A model generated the notes under the pieces. That model was not told the origin of the DNA, made no database searches, and was given only the letters and a program-made list of their open reading frames with translations. From assembly GCA_951406725.2 (NCBI GenBank), contig OX597832.1:65162001-65226000 (forward strand): a DNA stretch of 64,000 nt, given 5' to 3'. How positions within the stretch are numbered: position 1 is the first letter of the stretch; every line of letters starts with the position of its first letter. A program made the translations under genes and the position numbers. The DNA comes from Octopus vulgaris (taxonomy: Eukaryota). Positions 42,892-55,463 of the stretch are shown here, piece by piece.

Positions 42892-43882
42892 CTTGTTTTA
42901 TTTATATTTCCTGAGCGCCATACTAATACAATTGTTTGTTTGTTTTCCACCTGCCTTCGTCTTTTGTCTATTTTCATAAAGCTTCCCGTTATATATTATG
43001 CGCTCACGTGGTCTCACTTTCATCCTATATTCTACCAATACCACTATCAACACTTACCTCTACCTTGGATTTTCTTTACCTCTTGGATACTTACCATTGG
43101 CTGCACCTCTCTTTCGCGGATCAAAGTGACTTTGCATTGATGTGAAATCCTTAAAAAATATACCACGACGTCTACACATTTCTCACCTTGAACTTTCAAC
43201 CTTGAACTTGTTCGCATAAACTGTCCCGTTTGTTGTATTTTTATTTTCTCATATATTACCACTTTTTTTACATTCATTTCATGCTTTCCACATTTTCGTG
43301 CATTTTTGTTCTCCTTTCCCTCTTTCTTCCCTCTCTGGATGTCCATACTCTGTTTCCTCTGCCTGCACCCCCCTTTTTGTTGCCTCCCCCTCTCTCTGCT
43401 TCCCTTCTTTCTTTCCCTTTTCCGTTTGCCCCGTCTTTTCTGCCCCTATCGCTTACTTATCTAGTTTTTTCATACGATTATTATTTTTTTGTTTTTTTGA
43501 ACGTTTGTTTTTTCCCCTTTTTTCGCTATCCTTTTTTTCTATTTTTTTCATACGATAATTTTTTGTTTTTTGTTTTTTTTTGTTTTTTCGAACGTTTGTT
43601 TTTTTTCCGCTATCCCATCATGCCGGATCCTAGGTCCTACCTCCTCACCCTCCATCACCGTTTGAAGGATCATCTCCGTTCTTTTCCTGTATATTGCCTT
43701 CAGCCGTCCGTTAATCTCTCTCTACTTCTTTTTAAAAAACCCGCTTCTCTAGCCATGTCTCTTTCCTAAGCCGCTGCCTACATCACCGACTCATCCCTAA
43801 AGGTTTCCGCCTCCACTTCCACCCTGCTCTCCACTCGGATTCTTCCATCTAACCCATACTCCGCACCACATCTTACCGCCTT

Positions 43883-46800
43883 ATGCGGGCCACCATTCGC
43901 TCCAATCTCTCTAAACTACATGCCATCAACCGCCTTCTTCCTCCTGCTTTCTCCACCTTCTTCTCCTCTCTGCCGCCTCTCTATGCTCCAAACACGCTAC
44001 GCTTCATTATCCATTTGAATCAACTCTTCCATCAATTTCTTTCTGATACCAAACTTCGTAAACTCCAATCACTCTTCCATTCCACCCTACCCGACGCCAC
44101 TACCCCAACTCCTCCACCACCCTTCTCCCCTCCCGATAGGCTCCATCCACCCACACCTAACCCCACTGCCCCTCACTACAACCCCTTCTCCCCTCCCGAT
44201 AGGCTCCATCCACCTACACCTAACCCTACTGCCCCCCCCCCCCAAACCACCCCCCCACACCTCCCCAATCCCTCCCCTCAGACCTCCACGAGATCTACCA
44301 CCCCTCCTACTTCTATTCCACCCACCCCTCAGACCTCCACGAGATCTACCACCCCTCCTACTTCTATTCCACCCACCCCTTCTCCACTTCCGTCTGTTGT
44401 TACCATTCCCCCTGATCTTCCCCTCTCTGCGGCTGAACGCTCCGTCCTTGGTAGGGGTCTGCGTTTCATCCCCCTCACTCCATCCTGTAAGGAATTCCAG
44501 ACGCGAGTTGATGTCCACAGCTTTGTGCGCCGTGTCCGGTTGGGTGCGCATTACCACGACTCGCCACCCACACCCAACGAAGAGGACTGCTTCACTGGCC
44601 TGGGCCGCCGACCATCCCCGTGGACGCCTGCCCCTGGCCAGATCCTAGCAGTGGATCTTTTCGCGGGCGCTTGTCAGCGTGCATTGGAGCGGTTCAACTT
44701 CTCCAGGCGCCAACGCCGCCTCAACATCTCCCCGGCTGAGCTCTTGGCTCTTCGTTCCCTCCAACGGCGCGCTGACATTATCATCAAACCGGCTGACAAG
44801 GGTGGAGCTGTAGTGGTGTGGCGCGCGGACCTCTATAGGGCCGAGGCTTTCCGCCAACTCAATGACACCTCCTTCTATTCCCCTCTGCCCTCTAACCCCA
44901 CACGTAGCTACCAACAGACGGTATCCTCTACTGTCCAAGACCTCATCTCGTCCTCCCGTCTCCCCCGCACCGCATCCAACCTAATTGTGCGAACCCCACG
45001 TACCCCCACCATTTACTTCCTCCCCAAAATCCACAAACCCAACAACCCTGGCCGCCCCATCGTCTCCGCCTGTAACTGCCCCACGGAGCTCATCTCTAAA
45101 TACCTCGACCGTGTCCTTGCCCCCCTAGTGGCATCTTTTCCCTCCCACATCCACGATACCAACCATGCTCTCCGGCTTTTCAACTCTTTCTCCTTTCCTC
45201 CCGGCTCCTCCAAAATCCTTTTTACTATGGACATCCAAAGCCTCTATACTGTTATCCCTCACCACGAAGGACTGCAGGCCCTTCGACACTTTCTTGACCT
45301 CCGCTCTAACCCTGTACCTGACACCTCCACACTCATTCGTCTGGCCGAACTTGTCCTTACTCTGAACTGCTTCTCGTTCGCGGGCGAGTTCTACCATCAG
45401 GTCTCGGGAGTGGCCATGGGAACGCGAATGGGCCCCAACTATGCGAACCTGTTCGTTGGCTATGTTGAGGCCCAAATATTCTCTAATTTCACTGGTCCCA
45501 CTCCTGAACTATATGGTCGTTACATTGACGACATTATCGGTGCCACCTCACTCTCCCGTGAACATCTAGATTCCTTCCTCTCTTTCGTCCAATCTTTCCA
45601 TCCAGCCCTCCACTTCACTTCCACTATCTCCAACACCTCTGTCTCCTTCCTCGACATTTCGGTTAGCATTCTTCACTCCACTCTTACCACCTCCATTCAC
45701 TACAAACACACAGACTCACACTCATACCTCAACTTCTCTTCCTCCCACCCAGAACACACCAAGCTTTCCATCCCCTATTCCCAATTCCTCCGTCTACGTA
45801 GGCTCTGTAGTGACGATCATGACTTTGAGACTCAGTCTCAACGTATGGCTCACCACTTCACCCTACGTGGATACCCCCTCACCACTATCCACACCGCCCT
45901 TGCCAGAGCACGGTCCGTGGACCGTGTATCTGCTCTCTCTCCCCGAACCCGCCCTGTAGTCTCCCGCCTCCCTTTTCCCCTCACTTACCACCCCACGACC
46001 CTACGTCTCCAACGCACCATTCTTCGAGCGTTCCGTCATCTCCAGTCCGACCCGTCCACTTCACACCTCTTCCCTAACCGACCCCTCCCCTCTTTCAACC
46101 GAGCCCACAACCTTCGAGACCTTTTGGTCCATAGCTCCTTCCCTGACCCTACCTCCCAACCCGGCTCGTTCCCCTGCTCCCGCCCACGTTGCCGCACTTG
46201 CCCTTACCTCTCCAACACCACCCGCCTCACTAGCACCCACCATCGACCCTATCCCATCATCCACTCCTTCACCTGCACCTCCAGCAATATTATCTATTGC
46301 GTCTCTTGCTCTCTCTGCAATTCCTTGTACATCGGACAAACGGGACGCCGCTTAGCTGACCGGTTCGCGGAACACCTTCGTGACATCCACCTTGCGAACG
46401 ACACACCGGTCTCACGACATTTCCGCTCCACCGGTCACTCCTTGCAACACCTATCTGTGTTCGGTTTGTCCTTACACAGAGGCCATCCGGATTCCCGTTT
46501 GCGCCGTGAACAGGAATTAATCTTCTCTCTTCGCTCTTATACGCCATTTGGTCTCAACTCTCCCCCCTCCTCATCTAACCCCCTCTCCCCCTCCTCACCT
46601 ATCCTTCCCCCCGACCCCTACTTCTTCAGTCCTTCATCCTTTCACCCCTACTCCCCTTCCCTTCTTCCCTCTTTCTCCCTCCCTCCTTCCCTCTTCCCTC
46701 TGCTCCCTCACTCCCTTCTCTCTCCCCCTCCCCCTCTTTCCTCCTTCCTCCCCTCCTTCCCCCCCTCCTCCTCCCCTTCCTCCCCTCCTCTCTCTCCCCC

Positions 46801-46918
46801 TCCTCTCTCTCCCCCTCCTCTCTCTCCCCTCCTCTCCTCCCCTCCCCTTCTCCCCCTCTTCTCCCCCTCCCCCTCTTCTCACTACACCACACGACTTTAC
46901 ACATCACATCATATATGA
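43883..46918 (+). CDS. PLE reverse transcriptase + C-terminal GIY-YIG endonuclease
   Basis: IIKPADKGGAVV, YFLPKIHK, GRPIVS, TMDIQSLYT, GVAMGTRMGPNYANL, RYIDD, FLDI; Cys linker CSRPRCRTC; NIIYCVSC..C..YIGQTGRRLADRFAEH; GLN. The tail after GLNS is low complexity. The true start is probably 43620. Confidence 0.95.
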   Translation: MRATIRSNLSKLHAINRLLPPAFSTFFSSLPPLYAPNTLRFIIHLNQLFHQFLSDTKLRKLQSLFHSTLPDATTPTPPPPFSPPDRLHPPTPNPTAPHYNPFSPPDRLHPPTPNPTAPPPQTTPPHLPNPSPQTSTRSTTPPTSIPPTPQTSTRSTTPPTSIPPTPSPLPSVVTIPPDLPLSAAERSVLGRGLRFIPLTPSCKEFQTRVDVHSFVRRVRLGAHYHDSPPTPNEEDCFTGLGRRPSPWTPAPGQILAVDLFAGACQRALERFNFSRRQRRLNISPAELLALRSLQRRADIIIKPADKGGAVVVWRADLYRAEAFRQLNDTSFYSPLPSNPTRSYQQTVSSTVQDLISSSRLPRTASNLIVRTPRTPTIYFLPKIHKPNNPGRPIVSACNCPTELISKYLDRVLAPLVASFPSHIHDTNHALRLFNSFSFPPGSSKILFTMDIQSLYTVIPHHEGLQALRHFLDLRSNPVPDTSTLIRLAELVLTLNCFSFAGEFYHQVSGVAMGTRMGPNYANLFVGYVEAQIFSNFTGPTPELYGRYIDDIIGATSLSREHLDSFLSFVQSFHPALHFTSTISNTSVSFLDISVSILHSTLTTSIHYKHTDSHSYLNFSSSHPEHTKLSIPYSQFLRLRRLCSDDHDFETQSQRMAHHFTLRGYPLTTIHTALARARSVDRVSALSPRTRPVVSRLPFPLTYHPTTLRLQRTILRAFRHLQSDPSTSHLFPNRPLPSFNRAHNLRDLLVHSSFPDPTSQPGSFPCSRPRCRTCPYLSNTTRLTSTHHRPYPIIHSFTCTSSNIIYCVSCSLCNSLYIGQTGRRLADRFAEHLRDIHLANDTPVSRHFRSTGHSLQHLSVFGLSLHRGHPDSRLRREQELIFSLRSYTPFGLNSPPSSSNPLSPSSPILPPDPYFFSPSSFHPYSPSLLPSFSLPPSLFPLLPHSLLSPPPPLSSFLPSFPPSSSPSSPPLSPPPLSPPPLSPLLSSPPLLPLFSPSPSSHYTTRLYTSHHI

Positions 46919-47325
46919 TGTGCCATACTAATACATACACCAACTAATACATACTAATACGTACTAATACATACTAATACATACTAATACATACACCAAC
47001 CCTATATATACACACGTCCAGACCCCTCATACGCACTTATACTCTCTCATACACACACACACACACATACACACTTATACATACTAATACGTACTAATAC
47101 ATACTAATACATACTAATACATACACCAACCCCCATACATACACCTGTCCAGACCTATCCTAGGGTCATTCAACCCTATTATCAACACTATTATCTCCCC
47201 TTATTTCGCTCTCGCGTCTCATGTTTGATCTTTGACCTCTGGCCGAAATCAGATCGCCATGTTGATTCGTTAGTTACTGCACGCATTTTTTTCTCTCCTT
47301 CTTTCTGTTTTTTTCTCTCTGTGTA

Positions 47326-47363
47326 TCTTTCTGTTGAAGAGCGTAGGCTCGAAACGTTAAAGA
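47326..47363 (+). ncRNA. minimal hammerhead variant in the downstream pLTR
   Basis: Identical to 42854-42891. Confidence 0.75.
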
Positions 47364-47462
47364 CTTGTTTTATTTATATTTCCTGAGCGCCATACTAATA
47401 CAATTGTTTGTTTGTTTTCCACCTGCCTTCGTCTTTTGTCTATTTTCATAAAGCTTCCCGTC

Positions 47463-47493
<31 letters not shown>

Positions 47494-47522
47494 ATATATA
47501 TATATATACATACACACATATA

Positions 47523-47556
<34 letters not shown>

Positions 47557-47820
47557 AAAAAGGAGATGTGGAACACGAGTTGTGATATATAAAAAAGGAA
47601 ATGAAGAAAATGCTGACAAAATAATTTAAGTAATTTAAGTAATTTAATTAGGTGAAAGTTATTTTTACCGGTTGCGCATTTGTTATGCTTATCAAAAGAT
47701 TAGAGTTCCTTTCTGATAGATTTTTTCCTCTTATCTGACTTTATGTTGGGTTTGCTGTCTCTTATATGTGAAAAAAGAGATTCAGAGTTGTTTAAGATTT
47801 GCTTGGTTTCGCGAAACGCG

Positions 47821-47884
<64 letters not shown>

Positions 47885-47943
47885 TATGTAGAAAAATACA
47901 ACATGGACAAGAACGTATAACTCTTAGAAATATATATATATAT

Positions 47944-48174
47944 ATTTCTTTACTGCCCACGAGGGGCTAAACATAGAGGGGACAAACAAGGTCAGACATA
48001 GGGATTAAGTCGATTACATCGACCCCAGAGCGAAACTGGTACTTTTATTTAACGACCCCGAAAGGATGAAAGGCAAAGTCGACCTCGGCGGAATTTGAAC
48101 TCAGAACGTAACGGCAGACGAAATACCGCTAAGCATTTTATCCGGCGCGCTAACGTTTCTGCCAATCGCCGCCT
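47944..48174 (-). mobile_element. SINE family B, full length (left member of an inverted pair)
   Basis: Reverse complement of 48401-48632. Confidence 0.9.
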
Positions 48175-48178
48175 ACAC

Positions 48179-48400
<222 letters not shown>

Positions 48401-48632
48401 AGGCGGCGAGCTGGCAGAAACGTTAGCGCGCCGGATAAAATGCTTAGCGGTATTTCGTCTGTCGTTCCGCTCTGAGTTCAAATTCCGCCGAGGTTGACTT
48501 TGCCTTTCATCCTTTCGGGGTCGATAAATAAAAGTACCAGTTTCGCTCTGGGGTCGATGTAATCGACTTAATCCCTATGTCTGTTCTTGTTTGTCCCCTC
48601 TATGTTTAGCCCCTTGTGGGCAGTAAAGAAAT
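48401..48632 (+). mobile_element. SINE family B, full length (right member of an inverted pair)
   Basis: GGCGGCGAGCTGGCAGAAACGTTAG head, GAGTTCAAATTCC B box, ends CAGTAAAGAAATA in (TA)n. Confidence 0.9.
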
Positions 48633-48995
48633 ATATATATATATACAAACGTATATATATATATTTATGTATATGTATCATTATATATGCATAGACACAC
48701 ATGCATACATAAATACATTGTTTTACTAATAAGTACTCGAAGCACGGATCTATCACTCTCTGGGTGACAATCTTCCTGTTTACCCAACAGAACAGCTCTT
48801 AGTTACCGGCCACTCAGTTAAGTTTATTGAGTTTGTTGTTTCTGATAACTTATTTGAATTTTTGAAATCTAGTGTTCTTGTTACAGATACGCCAGCTAAT
48901 TAAATGACCAAATGCACACACATACACGCACACACACACAAACACACACACACCACATAAAATATTTTTATGCTTGGGGTAGGATCTTAGCTCCT

Positions 48996-49039
<44 letters not shown>

Positions 49040-49046
49040 GCACACT

Positions 49047-49091
<45 letters not shown>

Positions 49092-49108
49092 ACATATATT
49101 TATATAAT

Positions 49109-49441
49109 GGCACCCCGTCGGTTACGACGACCAGGGTTCCAGTTGATCCGATCAACAGAACAGCCTGTTCTTGAAATTAACGTGCAATTGGCTGAGAACT
49201 CCTACGTCACGTGTACTCTTAACGTAGTACTCGGAGAGATTCAGCGTGACAGATAGTGTGACAAGGTTGGCCCCTTGAAATACAGTACAGCAGAAACAGG
49301 AAGAAAGAGTGACAGGAATTGTGCTGAAAGAGTACAGCAGGGTTCGCCACCACACCCACCAGAGCCTCATGCAGCTTTAAGTGTTTTTGCTCAATAAAAT
49401 AAACACTCACAACGCCCGGCCTGGGAATTGAACCTGCGATG
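49109..49441 (-). mobile_element. SINE family C
   Basis: Minus strand GCAGGTTCAATTCCCAGGCCGGGC B box; body shared with 24958-25225. Confidence 0.75.
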
Positions 49442-50112
49442 GGTGATTGCGCCTCCACAAACACACACACACATACACACACACACACATACACTCACAC
49501 AAACACAGTCACACACACACATACACACACATATATACATGCAGAAAATCATTCGAGACTGTCTCTTGTAATAAATCTGATGCCGCTAAAATCCTGATGT
49601 ATTTTAACAAGAAATCAAATAAAAGCTTCCACTTTAATTTACACTGTTTCTTAAATATAATTGCGTATAAGAAATTTAAAAGAAACTGCATATAAAAAAG
49701 GGCTACGAAAATAGATCATAGATAAACGCTGGCCGATTCGAGGGAAACAAGAACTCTCAAAACTTTAAATGTTTAACAGTTGTGAATACAATCAATATTA
49801 TGAAGAAAGTCACCCAAACCTTACTAAAAGGACGTGGGGGAATATATACTTCCAATGCACATTACAAAATCTAAAACGTAATATAAATAAACGTAGATAT
49901 CTCGTCATCAGCTGCTCTCAGATCAAAGTTGCCATCACCAACACCAGCTGCTCCATCACTACTTGATGCAAATTCTTTCTCCATTCTCCCACGCACACCG
50001 AGCGCATCATAATCGCTTTCTGTGTACATTCTGCATCGATGAACCTAACTTAGGTTGAAAGCGCGGTCATTCATTTCATGTTATATGGATAACGCCAAAT
50101 ATAATCGAAACC

Positions 50113-50332
50113 TATTTCTTTATTACCCACAAGGGGCTAAACACAGAGGGGACAAACAAGGATAGACATAGGTATTAAGTCGATTATATCGACCCCAGTG
50201 CGTAACTGGTACTTAATTTATCGACCTCGAAAGGATGAAAGGCAAAGTCGACCTCGACGGAATTTGAACTCACAACGTAACGGCAGATGAAATACGCTAG
50301 GCATTTGGACCGGCGTGTTAACGTTTCGGCCA
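50113..50332 (-). mobile_element. SINE family B
   Basis: Collinear with 47944-48174. Confidence 0.85.
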
Positions 50333-50818
50333 GGTCATCGAAACCGCCGCAGACTTCTCGCAGGTTCCGTCAGCGAAATTCCATTCGCAATGAATTAGTC
50401 ATTAGCTGCAAATATGTTTATAAGTCGTGGAGTAACTACAATGAGGATCGATCCACGATAATGGTTTACGTACGTGGTTCATTTATGAAATTTTCATACA
50501 GACTAGTAGTCTCCACTTCCTGAAATAATTACTCAGTTAACTACAATTGAAGGACGAAGGAAGGACGAGGTTTGTCCACTTTCCCAATATACCAACTGAT
50601 AATGGGTGCTACAGATAAAATATTAATCGTCATATTGTCGGAAACTAATGGAACCATTTGAAATATATTTAACATACTTCAAACGGAGTTTAGGCAATAA
50701 TTCTGTCGAAGAGGAATTTTAAATCTCCTTCAATTGTCCGATGGTGTAAGACTTAAAATGTTAGTAGCTCTTCCCGAAAGTTTTAAATAATGGGTATAAT
50801 ATAATGAATATCTTAATA

Positions 50819-50875
<57 letters not shown>

Positions 50876-50950
50876 TGTATGCATATATTATATGTATATT
50901 TGTATATGTATGTATATATATTTGTATGTATATGTATGTATATATATTTG

Positions 50951-51007
<57 letters not shown>

Positions 51008-51049
51008 GCATGTATGTAAATATCTAAATCAGCATCTATCTATCTATCA

Positions 51050-51139
<90 letters not shown>

Positions 51140-52379
51140 CTAGAGAAATTTATTCAGTATCTTCTCACTGCGTATAACACAACTATAACAAATATAGCAT
51201 ATGTACATATATACATGTTTTCATACATATATTGAAACGCAACAGACATATACCAGCGTATAATCGCTCTCACCGATAAATATATCGCACGTGTATACAC
51301 GCATATATATTATTAATATGTATATATACATTTACACTTATATCTACAGATTTCATATCTATATATATAATATGTAATATGTGTATGTATGAATCAATAT
51401 AATATAATATGATATATATATATATATCAACATAGATATATACGTAAATCTACTTCCATAACTCCTATATATGTCATAGCGTTGTTGATTGCGTATTATA
51501 AAATTCCCATACAGACTTTGGTGAAGAACCATATGGCTGCGTCAATCAATGCTCAGTGACAAGTTACTAAATTCTGGAATTCTGTAGAAGAAAAATTAAT
51601 TTCCTGTGTTTAGCTCTTTGTAAGTAGGGACGACATTCATAATATTTTATCCCCCGGGAATCAAATAATTGCAACTAAGCTTTAACTATATAATAAGGGT
51701 ACAGAGGAATAAAAGAAAAAAATTATTCGATCATTGCTTTCGGCAATTGAAAACTTGGTTAGTACTTGTGTTGTGATTACTGGAATGATATAGTCATAGA
51801 ATAAATTCTAAAAGAGTTTTTAGTCCAACTTTCGTACTGGAACTGTCTGATGATGTAGAGAGAGTTGCAAGATCGATCACAGCAGAAGAAATAATGAATC
51901 GAAAAGTAATTATTTCAAGTGGAATTTATTAATTATAATATATTAGTTTATCCTGTGCAATGTGTTTTAAATTACTGTAAGAGAGTAAAATAAAATAGAC
52001 CTTTTAGTTATGCGACATATTTGATAATATTTGTAGTAACAATAACAGCGTTGGCGTTTGTACAATCATTATTATAGTTAAGACTCCGAACAATATGCCT
52101 AACAGCCTTTCGCTCTGAGTTCGAATTTCCCTTTTATCCGTTAGAGTTAGATGAACATTGCGGTGATTGTAATCGACTAGCTTCTCTCTCAAATTTTCAG
52201 ATCTTGTGCTTCTAGTAAAAATAATTCTTCTTCTTCTTCTTCTTCTTCTTCTTCTTCTTCTTCTTCTTCTTCTTCTTCTTCTTCTTCTTCTTCTTCTTCT
52301 TCTTCTTCTTCTTCTTCTTCTTCTTCTTCCTTCTTCTCCTCCTCCTCCTTCTTCTTCTTCATCATCTTCTTCTCCTAGG

Positions 52380-53345
52380 GCTAGTGAAGGATAAGAGATG
52401 TTACAACATGACTGAAAGCTTGGGAAGGGCAAGTATCAGGGACAGTGGCGAAATATCTTCATGTAATACAACACAGACATTTAAATTGATAGAGTTTTTC
52501 TAAGGATGTGGGAAGTATTTGTCGGCACAATCATTTGGATTTCTCCAAGACATGGTTCTCTTGGGATATTATCTAGATGTTTCTGACTTTTATTTCTTAT
52601 CATACTTACGGCACCCACATTTTTTTGAGCTCTTGGAGTCTTTCATGGCGTAGCGGGCTTACTACCTGCAGCCAACGGTACCATTTAATTCGTTCTATTT
52701 AGCTATCTGATACTTTCCTGATTGATTTGGCCGTGCTAAGGAGGCTAAACTTTTGTAACAGTTCTACTGGGCACTCTATTGCTGCCTTCTGATACTGTTC
52801 CCAAGGACCCAACAATTATTAGCACTATGTTTCCTTCTTCATTTTCCATAGCCTACTTATGTCGTACTTAAGCGAGTTGTATCTAACATTACGCCTTCCT
52901 TCTTGACTATTCGTGGGTCAAAGGGGCATGCAAAATCAATTATATAGCATATGTCGTGCACATTGTCCACCGCCACTAGGTCCGGTTTGTTATGCTCCAG
53001 CACCTGATCTGTTTGGATTCGGAATTCCCAGAGGATGTTGCTCAGACCACATCTTGCATCTCTTTAGCCCCTGTTTCGCACTATTTCCAACACAGCACAT
53101 TCTCTACCATGTCGAGAGCTTGTACTGGTTTTGGGCAAGTATAGCACCTTCGTTCATTTTCAATTTTATTATTCAGTAGTCTTATTGTAATCACTTGCTT
53201 TCACTGCACTACCTAGTGCACCAATGTGTATCTTGCGTATATGCTGTGGTTTGTTGTGACACTCTTATTTTTACCGTATTGTAAGTGTTTTACATAGGAT
53301 GTGTGCGGTACCTAATAATGCAATTTTCTGTATATTATATATATA
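52380..53345 (-). mobile_element. cluster of R4/Dong-like LINE 3' ends
   Basis: 52380-52620 matches 35050-35275; 52630-52910 matches 7070-7210; 53170-53230 matches 36420-36485. Confidence 0.7.
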
Positions 53346-53394
53346 TACAAGTTAGTCCTGGTGGTTTTGTTATGTATTTTTCTGAATATACGTT

Positions 53395-53985
53395 TATATA
53401 TTTGTGCAGCAAAGTTCCTTATGTGAAGTGGTATGTAGAAACATGTTGTATTTCAGAATGGTAATACACATTTTATGCCAAATAAACAAACGCACTACAT
53501 GTTCGTTCTTCACTCGTTTATTACTGTTCATGTCCATTGTTCTGTGAAGAAGTATCTCTTATGCCATTCTGTTGTTCGATGAATAAGCGGAGCTAGAGCA
53601 CACACGAAAACAGAAAGTGTCGCTGAGGAGGTCATAGATGTGTGACAAAAGATTTCCGAATAATGGATATGAGTTAGAATAAGAATAGTAATAAAGGAGT
53701 ATGGGGTGGATATATAATGGTGCTTGGAGTGATCACTAGTGATCGCGACGTTATGCCTCCATTCATCTTCACGCACAGTCTCAGTCTCAACATGGAGGCC
53801 TACATCAATGGCTGGAGGAGGCAGCGCTGTCGTGGAGCAAGAGGGTGGCTGCTGGAAGACTGTGTCGGATAACAGGACTTTGCAGCATGCCACGCAAACA
53901 GGAGACCGCAGTCATGACTGTTAGACAATTTCTGCGAACACATTACACCTAACATTTGTTTACCTAACTCCCACATTGCAACCTC
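53395..53985 (+). pseudogene. Tc1/mariner remnant
   Basis: [54 protein letters not shown]; related to 1850-2260. Confidence 0.65.
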
Positions 53986-53989
53986 TTTG

Positions 53990-54081
<92 letters not shown>

Positions 54082-54104
54082 TTTATATATTGGTAAAAAC
54101 GGTA

Positions 54105-55128
54105 AGATAACAAAAGAAAGAAAGATACTTCAATATTATGGGAATAGAGGAATTTATCTGTAAAATAATGTGATAATTAATTATTCAGTAGCCAAGATAA
54201 AACTCGGATGCCGAGGTGGAAATCCACACCACCATCTCTTCTGTTATCTGGCCATCTGAAAAAAGCTATGAATAAAGACGGTTATACAATGCAAAATTAC
54301 TGTGTTGTAGACCGCTACACAAACCACTAATTTGAATGACCGCTAATTAAGATATAGTAAGCACGTAAGAGTACCTCTTCATACGTGCACATGTGCGCTC
54401 GCATACATTACTATGACTATGAAGTCATTTGTACGCGTGTGTAGATGTGTACGAGTGTCGGGTATGTATGTATATAGATATGTGCGTGTGTGCGGGCATA
54501 AATGTACATATTTATATATAGACGTTTATAATCAGTATTTTTAAAAAATGGGGGGGGGGGGGGTATGTATTAATCATTTTTGTGCGAGAGTGTTTCTGTA
54601 TGCGTGTATAGACGTGTGCGGGTATGTACATATATGGGCGTGTGTGTGTGTGTGTGTGTGTGTGAGTGCATATGAACGTGGTTTACTCTTTGCATACATC
54701 CTTATGCCTTTTTTCTGTATTGTTACACTTGACCCTGTTTTTTCTTCTGCTTGTGTGTATGTAGACGTATGTATGAACTTTTACGGTGTGCGTGTGTGTG
54801 TATGAGTTTGTATATATATGCATATACATTTGCCGAAAAATACGAGTGAAGATGTGTATGTTTTCATAGTGGTGTATGCGCACATGTTTATGTATGAACA
54901 GGCACGCTTACGTGTTTACTATGAACTTTTAATCTTAATTAGCGGTCATTCGAATTGGCGCTTTGTATAAGTAGCGGTCTATAACACAGTAATTTTCCTT
55001 TGTATAACCGTCTTTTTTCATAACGTTTCTCAGATGGCCAGATAACCGAAGAGATGGTGGATTTTCACCTCGGCATCCGAAACTCGGAGTTTTATCTTGG
55101 CTACTGAATAATTGTCATATATTATTTT

Positions 55129-55131
<3 letters not shown>
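54105..55131. mobile_element. inverted pair of HHR-bearing repeats around a ~580-bp TG-rich spacer
   Basis: Arms 54159-54353/54932-55131. Right arm GCCAGAUAA-CCGAAGA-GAUG..CAUC-C-GAAA-CUCGGAG-UU|UUAUCUUGGC. Confidence 0.75.
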
Positions 55132-55167
<36 letters not shown>

Positions 55168-55304
55168 CGTGGGCGTGTCTGTGTGTTGATGTATATATAT
55201 AAAGTCACTATCAGACTTCTTGTAGGGATATTTTTTATCCAAGATACACTGGTTTAATATATTGTATTTTGAAGAGATATTTCTTCAATGAATTTATTAT
55301 AGAA

Positions 55305-55463
55305 AATATCGTAAAATATCAAATATTATTGCTAAGTTGAAAACGAAGAGATCTAATGGATGAAAATTAATATATTAATAAATTTATTAGTAAATTAATT
55401 TGTATTTCCATTAGATCTCTCCGTTTTCAAACATAATTATAATATTTGATAGTTTATGATATT
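55305..55463. repeat. AT-rich imperfect palindrome
   Basis: TTGAAAACGAAGAGATCTAATGGA / TCCATTAGATCTCTCCGTTTTCAA, centred near 55381. Confidence 0.8.

Larger units (their letters stand above)
42060..47461 (+). mobile_element. Penelope-like retroelement (Neptune-type), partial-tandem insertion with pseudo-LTRs
   Basis: Near-identical direct repeats 42060-42990 and 46488-47461 that begin inside the EN C-terminus; RT+GIY-YIG ORF between them; 3' end abuts (TA)n. Confidence 0.95.

Noticed and set aside
43728-43742. TTTTTAAAAAAC as a programmed -1 frameshift site
   Set aside because: The heptamer is not in X XXY YYZ register in the upstream frame; a 1-nt deletion or sequencing error is simpler.
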